Assembly (NCBI RefSeq): GCF_009914755.1
Contig: NC_060929.1
DNA from: the human T2T-CHM13v2.0 reference genome, Homo sapiens
Length of the DNA stretch: 64,000 bases
Strand: one strand, 5' to 3'
The first letter of the stretch is position 1; each line of letters opens with the position of its first letter. Both the position numbers and the translations under genes were made by a program. The notes below the pieces were generated by a model. It did no database searches. It saw only the letters and a program-made list of their open reading frames with translations, and was not told the origin of the DNA. This document shows positions 38,321 through 50,739 of this stretch, piece by piece.

Positions 38321-39784
38321 TGATTATTAACAAGTATTATTTACATTTAAACCTTTACATTCAAATTGAAGAAGGTAGTATTGGTTGATTTTATAGATAA
38401 GATAACCCCTATTTTTCAAAAATTAAAAATGTATCCAAATTAAGAATAACACTTATTTAAATGGTTTCCTCCTTCTCTTTTTTTCCCTGGTTGACTGACG
38501 TTTGGCAGCAAATGATAGCTTTGCCCATTTCATCTGGGCAGCTCTTTTTAAAAAACTGTTGATAACTTTGGGAATACAGCATTTACACCTAAGGGCTTCT
38601 TAATGTTAATGAGCCCTTAGGTGTAAATTGTGATTCGGATGCATGGGACTTTTTTTCTCTGATGCTGCATAGAGAACCTCCAAAATATTTTGAGTCACCT
38701 CTTTGGATTAGAAATTCTGTGCAGACATAGCCAACATTGTTGCTGGAGGGAACATATGAAAAGGCCAAAGTGAGAAAAATCACAGCCTGGGGATAAAAGA
38801 ATAATAAAAAGGAAAAACAATAGAAATCTTTATGAAGAGCATTGAGACCAACATTTGAGCTACCTGCAATGTTTATTATAAACTAGGGGACAATGAAATA
38901 CATATTCCCTGACAATGTCTTTCAAACTTTAACTGGTGGTGTCTCATTGCTTGATTTAAATGAGGTTAACATTTTGCCATACATTCTACAAGCCAAAGTA
39001 TTTTATCATAAATTGTTTTCATGTCTTCTTCCTATTTTCTCTTGGGTTGTATGTTAGTCTAATTTATATTAGGTTGTTTTATTGCTATTCTTGTTGTGCT
39101 GTTTATTAACCTTATTCTTATTAGTTTGTAAAAACTCTTGACATGTCAAGGAAATTACTCCTTTTAGATTAATACATTTTCATATTTTAAGTAGTAAAAA
39201 TAATGGCATGACAGTGTCTAAAACAAGACTCAGAGCAATATCAGTATGTCTTTAAGGCCTGGAAAATGATTGTGTATGTGTTTATTTTAGATACTTTATT
39301 TGTCATATCAACATGCAGTATCCCCAAATTAGTACTTACAATAATTAAAGTAAAAACAAAAGTTAAGCTTTTATTACTACTGCTGCTTTTTTAAAAAGCA
39401 CCTCTTTCTTATGAAGTTCTATTAACATAAGTGCTTGATGCATGCATATCACTTTTATTCTGAAGCTTTCTAAAAATTTTATTTGTACATTTTAAACACA
39501 TGTCAAAATTGAGGAAGAATTTAGTTAAGAATCCCATGTTTTCATTTCCTCTGTTTTTCATTCTAGGTATATAGTATTGAGCAATGATAGCATTTTGCTT
39601 AAGGAAACTGACTGCATACAGTTGTTCCCAAGGTATGGTCTTATGCCCTAATACTGTTTGGATATAGCTGACTATAATTTCTTGTTTTTCTTATTTTTAT
39701 CGGTAATGTCTAGCACTATTTTGAACTTTGAGTGTTCAATAATGCTCCAATAAACTAATGATTAAATTAACTCATTAATGATGA

Positions 39785-40085
<301 letters not shown>

Positions 40086-41358
40086 TGATTGATTATTAAT
40101 TAATAATTCAATTATGTTTAACTGCATTGTTAATATTAATCATAGTAGCAATAGTCACAGAAGTAGTAGTTAGAATTGTTATTTTTAACATTTTTTCTGT
40201 ATAATATTTTTAAAAAGAAGATGTAATCAGTTTCCTAATCTGTAAAATAGAAACACTAATGTGAGTGATAAAATAGAAACACTAATATGACTAATAAAGA
40301 CACACTAATGTCTATTTATGGGATTTTTAAAATCATCCCCAGACTTCCCACTTTAAATGCTCCATCCTTTGCCATTAAATGCAATTCTTGAGCTTCCTTT
40401 AGAAACAACAGTAGTGGTGCTCTATGGAATGTAAAAAGAATCCTCCAGCATCCCTTAGCTAATGACCAACACAATTCATATATAAGGGAAGGAACAAAAC
40501 TAGAGAAATCTAATTTATCGGAACACATCTTAGGAAACAAGAAGAAGATAAACCTCTCCCTGGGAACTCACATGCTCTGTACAGGGCCTAGTGTGGGTTC
40601 ACAGGGAGTTTTTGTTTTATGGGCAGATTTCTGGGGAACAAGGTTTTGTTGGAATGGGGAGCCCTACTCTGAAACTGTAGCCACATAGAGCCATTGGCCT
40701 GTTGCAGTAATATTTTGGGGTCCTGTCTATTTAACTGCCAGTAAAACACTTCCAAAGGTAGGAAATGCTAAAAATAATATAAGCAAATATAACCAACCTC
40801 ACTGGGTTGGGTGGAAGCTTTGAAAGTACTAATGTGATGTGGAATTGAGCCCTTAGATGGAGAAAAGAAATTAATTTTCTCTATGAAGCCTGGTTTACTA
40901 CATCCACCTCTTGGTTTCTGACACTGGTTGTGCACAAAGGGAAGAGCACTTGGTCAGTAGCATAACCATCCTCTGGCCTCAGTGACCTTCATCTGTTCCA
41001 TGAAACCACAGCCTTGAGGGTCCTCTTACCATGGCCCATAGTCTGTAATTATTCTACCCTGCAAGTGCAGGGTCCAAGATTTTAGGGTTAAAAGTAAACA
41101 GATCCTTTATAAACAAGTTAGGCTGTTATGATGCATACATTTTTGTGTGGAGTCCTGGATTTTCCACCACAAAATCGTTAACCGTCTCACTCTTCCAGTT
41201 GCCTCCACCTCCTACCACATACCCATTTCCCACGCATTTTTAGGTTGCTTTAAAATGGAGACAAACCAGTGTGGAAGTATAAAATACAGATTGCTAGACC
41301 AAATCTTGCCCCTTAGGATTTTAGAGTTGGTTAGGTCCTCAGGGATTTGCTAGTCCAA

Positions 41359-41413
41359 TTTCCCCCTCCCCTCCCTTCCCCTCCCCTCCTTTCTCCTTCC
41401 TTCCCCTCTCCTC
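41359..41413. repeat. Polypyrimidine (CCCCT)n-like tract
   Basis: 55 bp of pure pyrimidine on the + strand. Confidence 0.85.
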
Positions 41414-42308
41414 AGAACCTTGGAAGCCTCCTGTGTCCACACATATGGCAGGCCAGAAATGCCTGGGGAATTACGTCCTTATCCTCCAGCAGCTCTTAGC
41501 CAATGATCAACGTAATTCATATGTAAGTACCCTGGTTTCCTCACCATCAGCCCCCACAATTGCTTGTTTAATAATTTGGAGGCATATGTTCCACACTGGC
41601 TCCCAGAATTCCCAACAGATGAAGTGCTCTTGCACCTTGCACATACTTCCACTGCTTTTTCCAGCACAGGGGTTCCTAAAGATTTGTTAGCTGTGTCCTC
41701 TACCAGGTGTTAGGTTTGTCAAGATCATTGTCAATGGCTTTGCAACTTTGCCTTCTCAGACCTTAGCACAATCTTAACATATAGTAAGAGGCAGTACGTG
41801 TTTGTGGCAATGAATTAAATGGACTTTGCAAGGTTTCCTAGCTGGCTGTTGTCTTTGTAGAATAGCTTCATCCACCCTTTCTGTGGTGGGGGTCTGCTGC
41901 TTATGCCCACACAGAACGCATTCTACCTTTTCCAGTCTCAGCCCCTGTGGGGAGGGTAGGCTAACCATTGACTTACCTTCGAATGAATGCATTTCTTACC
42001 TTGGACTATAGTCATTTGTTCAAGGATCCAAACTGGGCTATTGAGATGATTGATATGAGGACCTTTGATGAAAATACTGGAAAAAAGACTTATTCTTTCC
42101 CTCTCCTTCTTACTTTCTTTTTTCCTCCCTCCCTTCTTTCCTTCCTTCCACTATCATTGGAGTTATTGAATTTGTAGGAATATAAACGTAGAGCTTCTTG
42201 ATGAACATCTGACTACTCAAAGAAGAAAGCCTGCTTAAAGTAAAATCATCAGAGAGAAAGGAAGAGTGAATATTCGGAGAGATACAGAGACAGAGAAGCT
42301 AAAGACAC

Positions 42309-42702
42309 TGCCTTTGTCTGTTTTTGCTTTTATAACAAAATACCTGAGCCTGGCTAATTTCTAAACAATAGGAATTTATTTCTTACCGTTCCAAAGTCCA
42401 GGATATCCAAGACAAAGGTGCCAGAAGATTTGGTGTTTGGTGAGGGCCTGCTGTCCATCCATGGGGTCTCCTCATGGTGGCATCCTCACATGGCAAAAGG
42501 GCAAAAAGGAGACAAAATCTATGTACCTTCATGGCCAAAGAACAGAAGAGTAAAAAAGGTCTAAGCTAGTTGCCTCTGGCCCTTTGATAAGGCACTAAAC
42601 CATTCATGAGAGCGGGGCCATCATGATGCCCTACCTCTTAATAGCACAATGCAGATTACATTTCAATACATGGATTTTGGGGGACACATTCAGATCATAG
42701 CA
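42309..42702 (-). mobile_element. Complete MaLR solo LTR (MST-type) with perfect 5-bp TSD gacac, nested in an older MLT1 LTR (~42190-42800)
   Basis: TG...CA ends, with 'ttttgggggacacattcagatcatagca'. gacac at 42304-42308 and 42703-42707. Flanks carry 'cagctatgcctgaag...atgtgagccaata'. Confidence 0.88.
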
Positions 42703-43707
42703 GACACTATTTTAGTTTTTGCATACAGCTATGCCTGAAGAACTTGAACTTTCCAACTATGTGAGCCAATATATTACTAATTTTTCTTATGTCATTTGAG
42801 TTTCTAAGATCCATAGTATAAACTGTTTAATTACCCACCGTGGACCAGACAGTGGCCAGGTATGGAGGATTCAGGGATACGTGGCATACTGTCACCCTCC
42901 ATGGAGAATCTGCTTATTAATGGGTGATCTGAGAAGCAAGCCTACAGCACTGTGCTCCTAATACTCCCAGCTTCCTGCTCTGGAGCCACCATGCTTCTTG
43001 TTTTCTAGGCTTTCAGAAGACACAAAAAAGCTGGGTTATTTTCTTTTCAATTTCCTCAGTCATACACAACTCCTTTCTAGTCCTTTTTTAAGAGGCCAGC
43101 ATATCCTGGTTGTTTGTTCCATATGACGAATGTCCCCATTGCTTATTAACCTCCAAAATAGGCAGCCCCCACCATTAGGGCTTATGGTCTGTATGAGACA
43201 ACATAAAAACAAGACACATTCTCCCCCATGCACATTTCAAATGAAATGTAACAGAAGAGAAATAAATAAAAATGGAAAAAAATGCCTTAAATGGTTTGTG
43301 TTGGAAAATGTTATATGGGCAATAATGGTGCTTATATGGGCTTTGGGCAGAGACTTTGATAATGAAGGTTAAATGAGGGAATGTTACAAAAAATGTTCAC
43401 TGTTCATAAAAATAAATCTCTGGTATGAACCAGAATGAAATAAACAGAGTTGCAGGCGCCAGGAGCAGCTGGGGTGACCTCAGCCTCAGGTTGGTAATAG
43501 CCAGCCTCGCTGGAACCACACACTCTCACCTCAGCAGGATCCACTTAGCTCTCCATCACAGGGACATTGAGTCCCACGGCCCTGGCCCTCATGTGGCTCT
43601 TCTGCTTTCTTACTGGAAAACAAAACCTTGTTGTTTCCAGGCATTTTCTGTCCCTGGGTCCTGGCTGAGTTTCCAGGGACCCTGCTTTTCTAGGTTAAAG
43701 ATCAGAC

Positions 43708-44073
43708 TAGGGGCTTCAAATGCAAATGTCGATGGGGGCAGACAGGTTGTGAATGGGTGAAGTGGACACAGAGGGATGGTGGATAATTGGAGAAGATGTG
43801 CCCCAGCTGAAAGTGTCACCACTACTCAACTGTAGCTGGCTGTGGGAATACTAGCCCGGCGGGGCCAAATCTTTCTATTTGTCAAGGTTAAGCTAGAAAT
43901 CTTATTTTATTGAAATTTTATGAAATTTAAGTGTTGGCAAAAAATCAATTTCTGTTAAAAATATATGTTATACATATATTATATGTCGTATACACATATA
44001 TAGCATGGGGAGGGTGCAAAAGAACACGTTTATGAGACAGAATTGGCTTAGTAGCAGCCAGTTTGCCATCTCG
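43708..44073 (-). mobile_element. MER102-like hAT-Charlie element
   Basis: 'taggggcttcaaatgc...gtgccccagctgaaag...ccactactcaactgtagc...aagtgttggcaa...gccagtttgccatctc' matches reverse MER102 as I recall it. Confidence 0.7.
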
Positions 44074-44189
44074 TTAGGCGAATGCTGAGACTGTAATTAC
44101 TATTGTTCACTTTCGTTGATTTTTGCTATAAGCTCTCAGATAAAGTCCTCCAGGATGCACAGTTCTTAGAATATTAGAAATCGCCATTT

Positions 44190-44735
44190 ATTAACATGTA
44201 CTATGTGCTATGCATTTTATTAGGCTTTACATGAATTATTTCATTACCTCCTCCCTTCATCTCTAAAAGGGAAACACTAATGTTTTACCCTTTTACAGAT
44301 GGAGAAACTGAGGTTTTGAGACATGAAGTAATTCAACCAAGGTCATTGTATAGGACATCTTTTGCACAGCACCTCACATCTTCTTGGCCTTGCCACTTTC
44401 TCTGGCTTCCTTTGGTTGCATGAGGATATTGATATACCCTGGGGCTGTGGGCAGGAGCTGGTAAAGGCCATTGTTGCTGGCCGATGAATGCAACACACAT
44501 TCCAGAAGGCTCCTCGGAAGCTCCTGTATGAGGTAACCAATTGCCTGCAACAGTTCAGGCTTCCTTGCATTGCTTTTTCCTCCTTCCCTCTTCACTTTCC
44601 CGCCCCTTATTCCAGGGATCACATTCCTTAATAAGCCTCCACACACATCTTTATCTCAGGCCCTGCTCTTGGGAAACCCAGGTTAAGACAATGAGTGGCA
44701 AAGTTGGAATTTAAATCTAAGTTTGGCTGGTCTCT
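44190..44735 (-). mobile_element. MIR SINE split by an LTR
   Basis: 'ttttacagatggagaaactgagg...aaggtca' resumes at 44691 as 'atgagtggcaaagttggaatttaaatc'. Confidence 0.8.
44347..44690 (+). mobile_element. ERVL solo LTR (LTR16-like)
   Basis: TG start, and the 3' end 'ccagggatcacattccttaataa...tctcaggccctgctcttgggaaacccaggttaagaca'. Confidence 0.75.
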
Positions 44736-45090
44736 AAGTGAATACTTTATCAAACCAGTCACTAAAGTATCTATGTGATCCCATTATCAGGCTCTTTCCA
44801 GTCTGATTGGTCCTGAAGTAAAGCTGTATAGACCGCAAAAAAGGCTCTAAAAGGATTCTTAAATCAGCAACAAAGGAGGATGGTACCATGGGGTAGGTGG
44901 TGCCCAGAAATCTGTTCAAATGAAGAGGGGAAAAGGGTGCAATGTAATTTTAGTTCATTACGCATTTTATTTTTCGGCACATCTCCTACATGCCTGGCAA
45001 TGGGCCAAGTACTAAGGAAGCCACCTGGAACTATGGGAATGAAAACAGAGCCTAAAGACCAATTTCCAGACATCGTCAGTAACTTTAGAC

Positions 45091-45948
<858 letters not shown>

Positions 45949-46849
45949 GCCACCGATTTGCTCTCCGGATTGTAGGATCAGCCTTTTTCTCCTCCAAAGT
46001 CCTTGAATCACACCAGGTTCTCCTGTGTCAGGGGCAAGACTTGGGGAAACAGCACCTGGGGTATCACTGAATTTGTTCCTGAGGATTCTCTCCTTCCTCC
46101 AGTTTGTTTCTAGGGGAAGTAGGTTAAGGCATGTGTGTGTGTTTGAGTGTGAGTATGTGCATGTTTACTAAGAGCTCAAAGATAGAACCTAATCTAACAG
46201 AAACAAGCAAATTGTACATTGACTTTCTTCAGAAGCTGTGAAGGGGCCAAGGAAAACAAATGAATTACTCAAACAGCTGACTTTTCCTAATGGCTGGCAG
46301 TATTTGAACATGGTAGGTAGAGTTTTTTTTTTTTTTTAATCTTAAACCAGCAAGAAGAGGGTATATGGCTTTCATTTTTTTTCTTTCTGTGAAACTATTG
46401 TGCCCTCGACCAGATTTCTGTTGGCCTTGCTGATTAGTTGGCTATTTGAGTAGTTCATTGTCTCAGCCTTTAGTATGAGCCCCTCCTAAATGGGACTCAC
46501 TATGTCGTAACTGTATAAAATATTCATTAAGATGGTGCTTTTAATGGATTTGTTTGGAATGAACTCAAGCAGAAGGAGCCATGTGCTGATCCATAGAGCC
46601 TTCAGGATGTTTCAGGGCTATGTCTGCTCCAAACCTCTCTACTTGCTTTCTTTCCCTGTAGGCTCTCATCTGAGACGTGGGATTGAAAATGTACTGATTG
46701 GGGAAAATAGGAGGTTGTTTAGGGCCAGAAATTGTTCTCTTTTTGCAAGTGTATGCTCCCATTTGATGTTTTTCACCTAGTGTTCAATGGAGGCGAGTGA
46801 TGACTTTTTCTGAATTACACTACAGTGCTTTTGCCATGTGGAATGGCCC

Positions 46850-47090
46850 AGAGTGTGAGTGCTCAAGCTCCAGAATTAGACAAATTTTGTTTTCAATCTC
46901 AGCTCAGCCACCTACTTGTTGTGCAACTCTCAGGCAAGTATCTTGACATCTCTGAGCCTCAGTTTCCTCATCTTGCAACCTAGAGCAATGCTAGTACTTA
47001 CTTCACAGGATATTTGTGAAGATTGAATGGACTAGTTTGCCAAATATCTAGCCTAGTGCCTGGGACATATTAAAAGCTCATTAGCCCTAG
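46850..47090 (+). mobile_element. MIR SINE
   Basis: 'ggcaagtatcttgacatctctgagcctcagtttcctcatct'. Confidence 0.88.
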
Positions 47091-47699
47091 CCATTATTCT
47101 CTAAGTGGTAGATAACCAACTTCCACCCCATGTATAGGTCTTTTTAAATGAATGGAGTTTTCTGCTCAACAAATGCCATTTGATTCTTATCCCATCTCAA
47201 CCCCAATAACAGAGCAGGTTTAACCAAGTATCCTCAAACAAATGGGAGATTGTGGATCAGAGAGATTAAGCGAGGTGATCAAGATTGTTCTGCAAGTTAG
47301 TGATGGGGCCTGGGAATAGAATGAAATATTTTGACTCCTTTCTCAGCATTAGGTCCAATCCTTTGTGTCAGATTGGCCTTTTCTTTTCTCTTCATTATTT
47401 TTTTATAACCAGAGGATATCTGAATCCAAAATCATTACATCCTAACCTCTACCATTTAATTTCTATCTGTGCAGCTCCAACTTTTTAGTCTAGGCCAGTC
47501 ACCTTCTCTCCAACCTTTTGAAACATGGTGACAGAAATAAATCATAATAAAGAGTCCTCCCTATCTTAACTCCATCAGCCTCTGCACCTGGAGCCTCCAG
47601 GCCCAGCTGGAGCATGCAGTAAGCATGTTCTTGTTTCAGCCCACCCCCTTCCGTTGCTCCCTTGTTCTGAACACTCAGTATCTATTAGGGACCTGTAAC

Positions 47700-47830
47700 C
47701 CATATGGAGAGTGACTTTGGGCAAACTGCTTCACTTTTTGGGTCTTTGTCTCTCCATCCTTAAAGTGGAAAAGATCATTAAATTATTAATAAGGGAATAA
47801 TACTTCCCTATAAAGGTATGGAAGAAATGT
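47700..47830 (+). mobile_element. MIR fragment
   Basis: 'gtgactttgggcaaactgcttcac...ctccatccttaaagtgg'. Confidence 0.55.
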
Positions 47831-47870
47831 AACAATGATCAACTTTGCCTATTGTCCTCTGAGGCTGGGT

Positions 47871-48010
47871 GGGGCTAGGGTTTTATTTTTATAATCTCTA
47901 AATTGAAGTCACAAACAATTATCATAAAATTTCTGGAATAGGGGCTGGGGTTTTATTTTTATAATCTCTAAATTGAAGTCACAAACAATTATCATAAAAT
48001 TTCTGGAATA
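47871..48010. repeat. Tandem duplication, 2 x 70 bp, 1 mismatch
   Basis: 47871-47940 and 47941-48010 differ only at ggggctAggg/ggggctGggg. Confidence 0.97.
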
Positions 48011-48457
48011 ATGTAACAACTGCTTCCAGGGGCAGAGCTTATGAAGGGGTAGGGATGGAGCCACCATGTGGGAATGGGCCGGAGACGGCCTCAAATAGAT
48101 TCTTCCTTGGTGCCTTCATCCTGGGAGGGAAAATATGCTCATCAAGATGCTAATTTACCAGGGATTACCAACAGCACTCTTTGTAACCAGGTAAACAAGG
48201 CCAGTTTTTTTTTTTTTTCTTTTCACTCTTAAAACAAAAATCTATCAAGATTTAATCACATTGCTTTATCTCCATGACCAAACCCTTCATGTGTGCATGA
48301 GAACATTTCACTTTGTCTCCAGGCCCTAAAGCATGTGCCTGATGGGAGCTGTGGTCCCTTTAGGGTTTTTTCTTGAGTGGAAGAAGCAAAGATTGCTTTT
48401 TGTTCCCCTTTGACTCTCTTCGGAATTAACATGAAATTGGAGATGACTGTAGCTCCT

Positions 48458-48645
48458 CGTATGGGGTGGTTTTTGCATTAAATCCTGGGGTCCATTTTAC
48501 AATCCATTATTTTTGACCACTGCTGTGTGTTCAAGTAGTATGAGAATGTGATTGTTTTTATCTGGTTACATATACATTTCTTTGTCTAATTTAATATGTC
48601 AAATAAATGAGTTCATCTAATAAAAAAAAAAAAAAAAAAAAAAAA
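48458..48645 (+). pseudogene. 5'-truncated processed retrocopy of an mRNA 3' UTR end (parent tentatively ST13, from memory)
   Basis: AATAAA at 48602-48607, followed by a pure A24 at 48622-48645. The upstream sequence is UTR-like and is not Alu/L1/SVA. The 5' boundary and TSD were not resolved. Confidence 0.65.
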
Positions 48646-49729
48646 GAAAGAGAGAAAGAAAGAACAATGGGAGGGGAGCCAATTTGAAGAATATGTCTTA
48701 GAACCCGAGGGAAGCTTTGTTTTCATCAAGCTGATAGTTCCCTTCCAGGCCATCAGCAAAATGAAAATGCCTCACCCAACCAAATTTAAATCCTTTCATC
48801 TAGGTCTCTTAAACCCTTCTCTGGGGAGTGGGCTTTGGAGTGTGAATTCTTCCAAGCTGATTATCTCTGCATAAGAACAGATGCCACCCCCCTACCCCTC
48901 CCTCCCCTTGGTCCTCTTTCCATTTTAACAGCCCTTACTGGGCTTCACGACCAAATTGATGCCAGCATAAGCGTGGCTGCCTCTGAATGTGTAATTGAGA
49001 AGCAGCGTGGACACTGATGTCTCAGTATTAATTAATGGAATTTGATGTTTATTGCTGTCATGTCAACCAATCATTTTTTGCAGAAAATTAATTAAACCTT
49101 GAGTAGGCATTTGGAAGCTCCCTACACAAGGCCTAGGGCTGACTGGGAGCCTTTGGGACTAGAGAAGGGAACTGCATCTACAGTTTAAGCCGTCCCTGAG
49201 CCTTGTCTAAAACTTCAGACTTAGATTCCAATACTGAGAGAGTGGAGAGGAATATGCGGAAGGGGACGTTGGTACCTTTCACTCTTCATCACCCCTCGCT
49301 TTTGCTATTGGATTATCCTTCTCACTTCTTTCCACAGACTGTCCCCTGCTACGTGCCAAGTAAATCCATCCATTCTCCTGCAAAGATGAAGTGTGAAATA
49401 CACAGTGGAAAAATAACTCCATGAAAATATTCTTGGTAGGGCTCTTTTGAATGCAGTCACCAGATGGGTTATATCAGACAGGAAGGCTGAAATGCAACGT
49501 TCTGCTCTTCTAAAATGTCCCACATTTGCATTTTGGATCCTTGCTTCTTTTCCTCTTCCTTCCTCCATCACTTTTTCTTACTCTTCTCTATTTTCCCTCC
49601 TGGAGAAACACAAATCATATTTCAAATTTTTTGAATAACATTGTTTTCTGATTATGAACTGAAATGTTATGCATTGATTGTAAGAAAATCAATTAAAAAA
49701 CAGAAATATATGGTGAGAGCGCCAATTTG

Positions 49730-50040
49730 GGAATAATAGCTCATGTTTGAGTGTTTACCCTGTGACAAGCTCTGTGCTAAGTGCTCACCTTTTTGCACTG
49801 ACTGTTCCTGCTACGTACAGGGTAAATCCACCCATTTTCTCACATGATCTTACTTAATCCTTTTAACAGCCATATGAGGTAGGTACTGTTAGTAACTGTG
49901 TTTCATAGGTGAGAAAGTTGAAGCTGAGAGAGATTCAGTAGCTTGCCCAATGTTGCACACCTTGGTAAGCAGTAGCACAGACTTTGATTCCAGGCGCTCT
50001 GATTCCAGAGTTTACATTCTTATCCAGAATGCTCTACTGA
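49730..50040 (-). mobile_element. MIR SINE
   Basis: 'ttaatccttttaacagccatatgaggtaggtactgtt...gagaaagttgaagctgagagag...cttgcccaatgttgcacac'. Confidence 0.8.
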
Positions 50041-50739
50041 CCTGTGCTGGGCTATGCCAACCACAGTCTAGGAACACACATCAGGAAAGAAGGTACCAAC
50101 TGGAGAGGTCTCTGATCATTCGGAGCTGTTCTCTGGGGACATCTACTATGGGGAACATACCACTCTCCACACTCCAGCTCAGCTCTCTTCCCCATAAGCT
50201 CAGAAGCCTGGTTTTTACAGGGATAGGTTAACATTAACAGGGTCCACAGAAACTGCTGTGGTACCAAGAATGTTAAGCTTGTTAATTTACTAAGAACAAG
50301 GCCACAGTCTGGAAGGACTTGCACTGGCCTGTCAGTGCATCATCACCCTGCAGCAAAGCTACATGGGAGCTAACAAACAACTGCTTTCCAGAACTTGGTG
50401 CCTGGACTCAGTGCATGGGGAGTCATGCAGCTAACTCTCAGCTATCTTTTTAGCATCCCTCTTCCTCTCCACCACTGCCCTCATTCCAGGAGTAATGGAA
50501 ACCCTAATATCCCCACATAAACCAAGGCCATTTCTCCCCTTTATCTACAGTCCCAAGAGTGACCACCCGCCTGCCCCCATTCCAATGGCATACTATTTGT
50601 ATAGATTTCTTACTACATTTAATCTGACTATAGTCAAGTCTTGTTGGTCTGGGAGCCATTCTGCCTTCTGAGGATGGCTTTGTATATCTCGGCCCAGGTC
50701 TGCTAACTTGAATTAAAGTTTACTTCTGTAAGGGCAATT

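Noticed and set aside
47871-48010. Direct repeats as a CRISPR-like array
   Set aside because: Eukaryotic DNA with only two adjacent copies and no spacers, so it is a simple tandem duplication.
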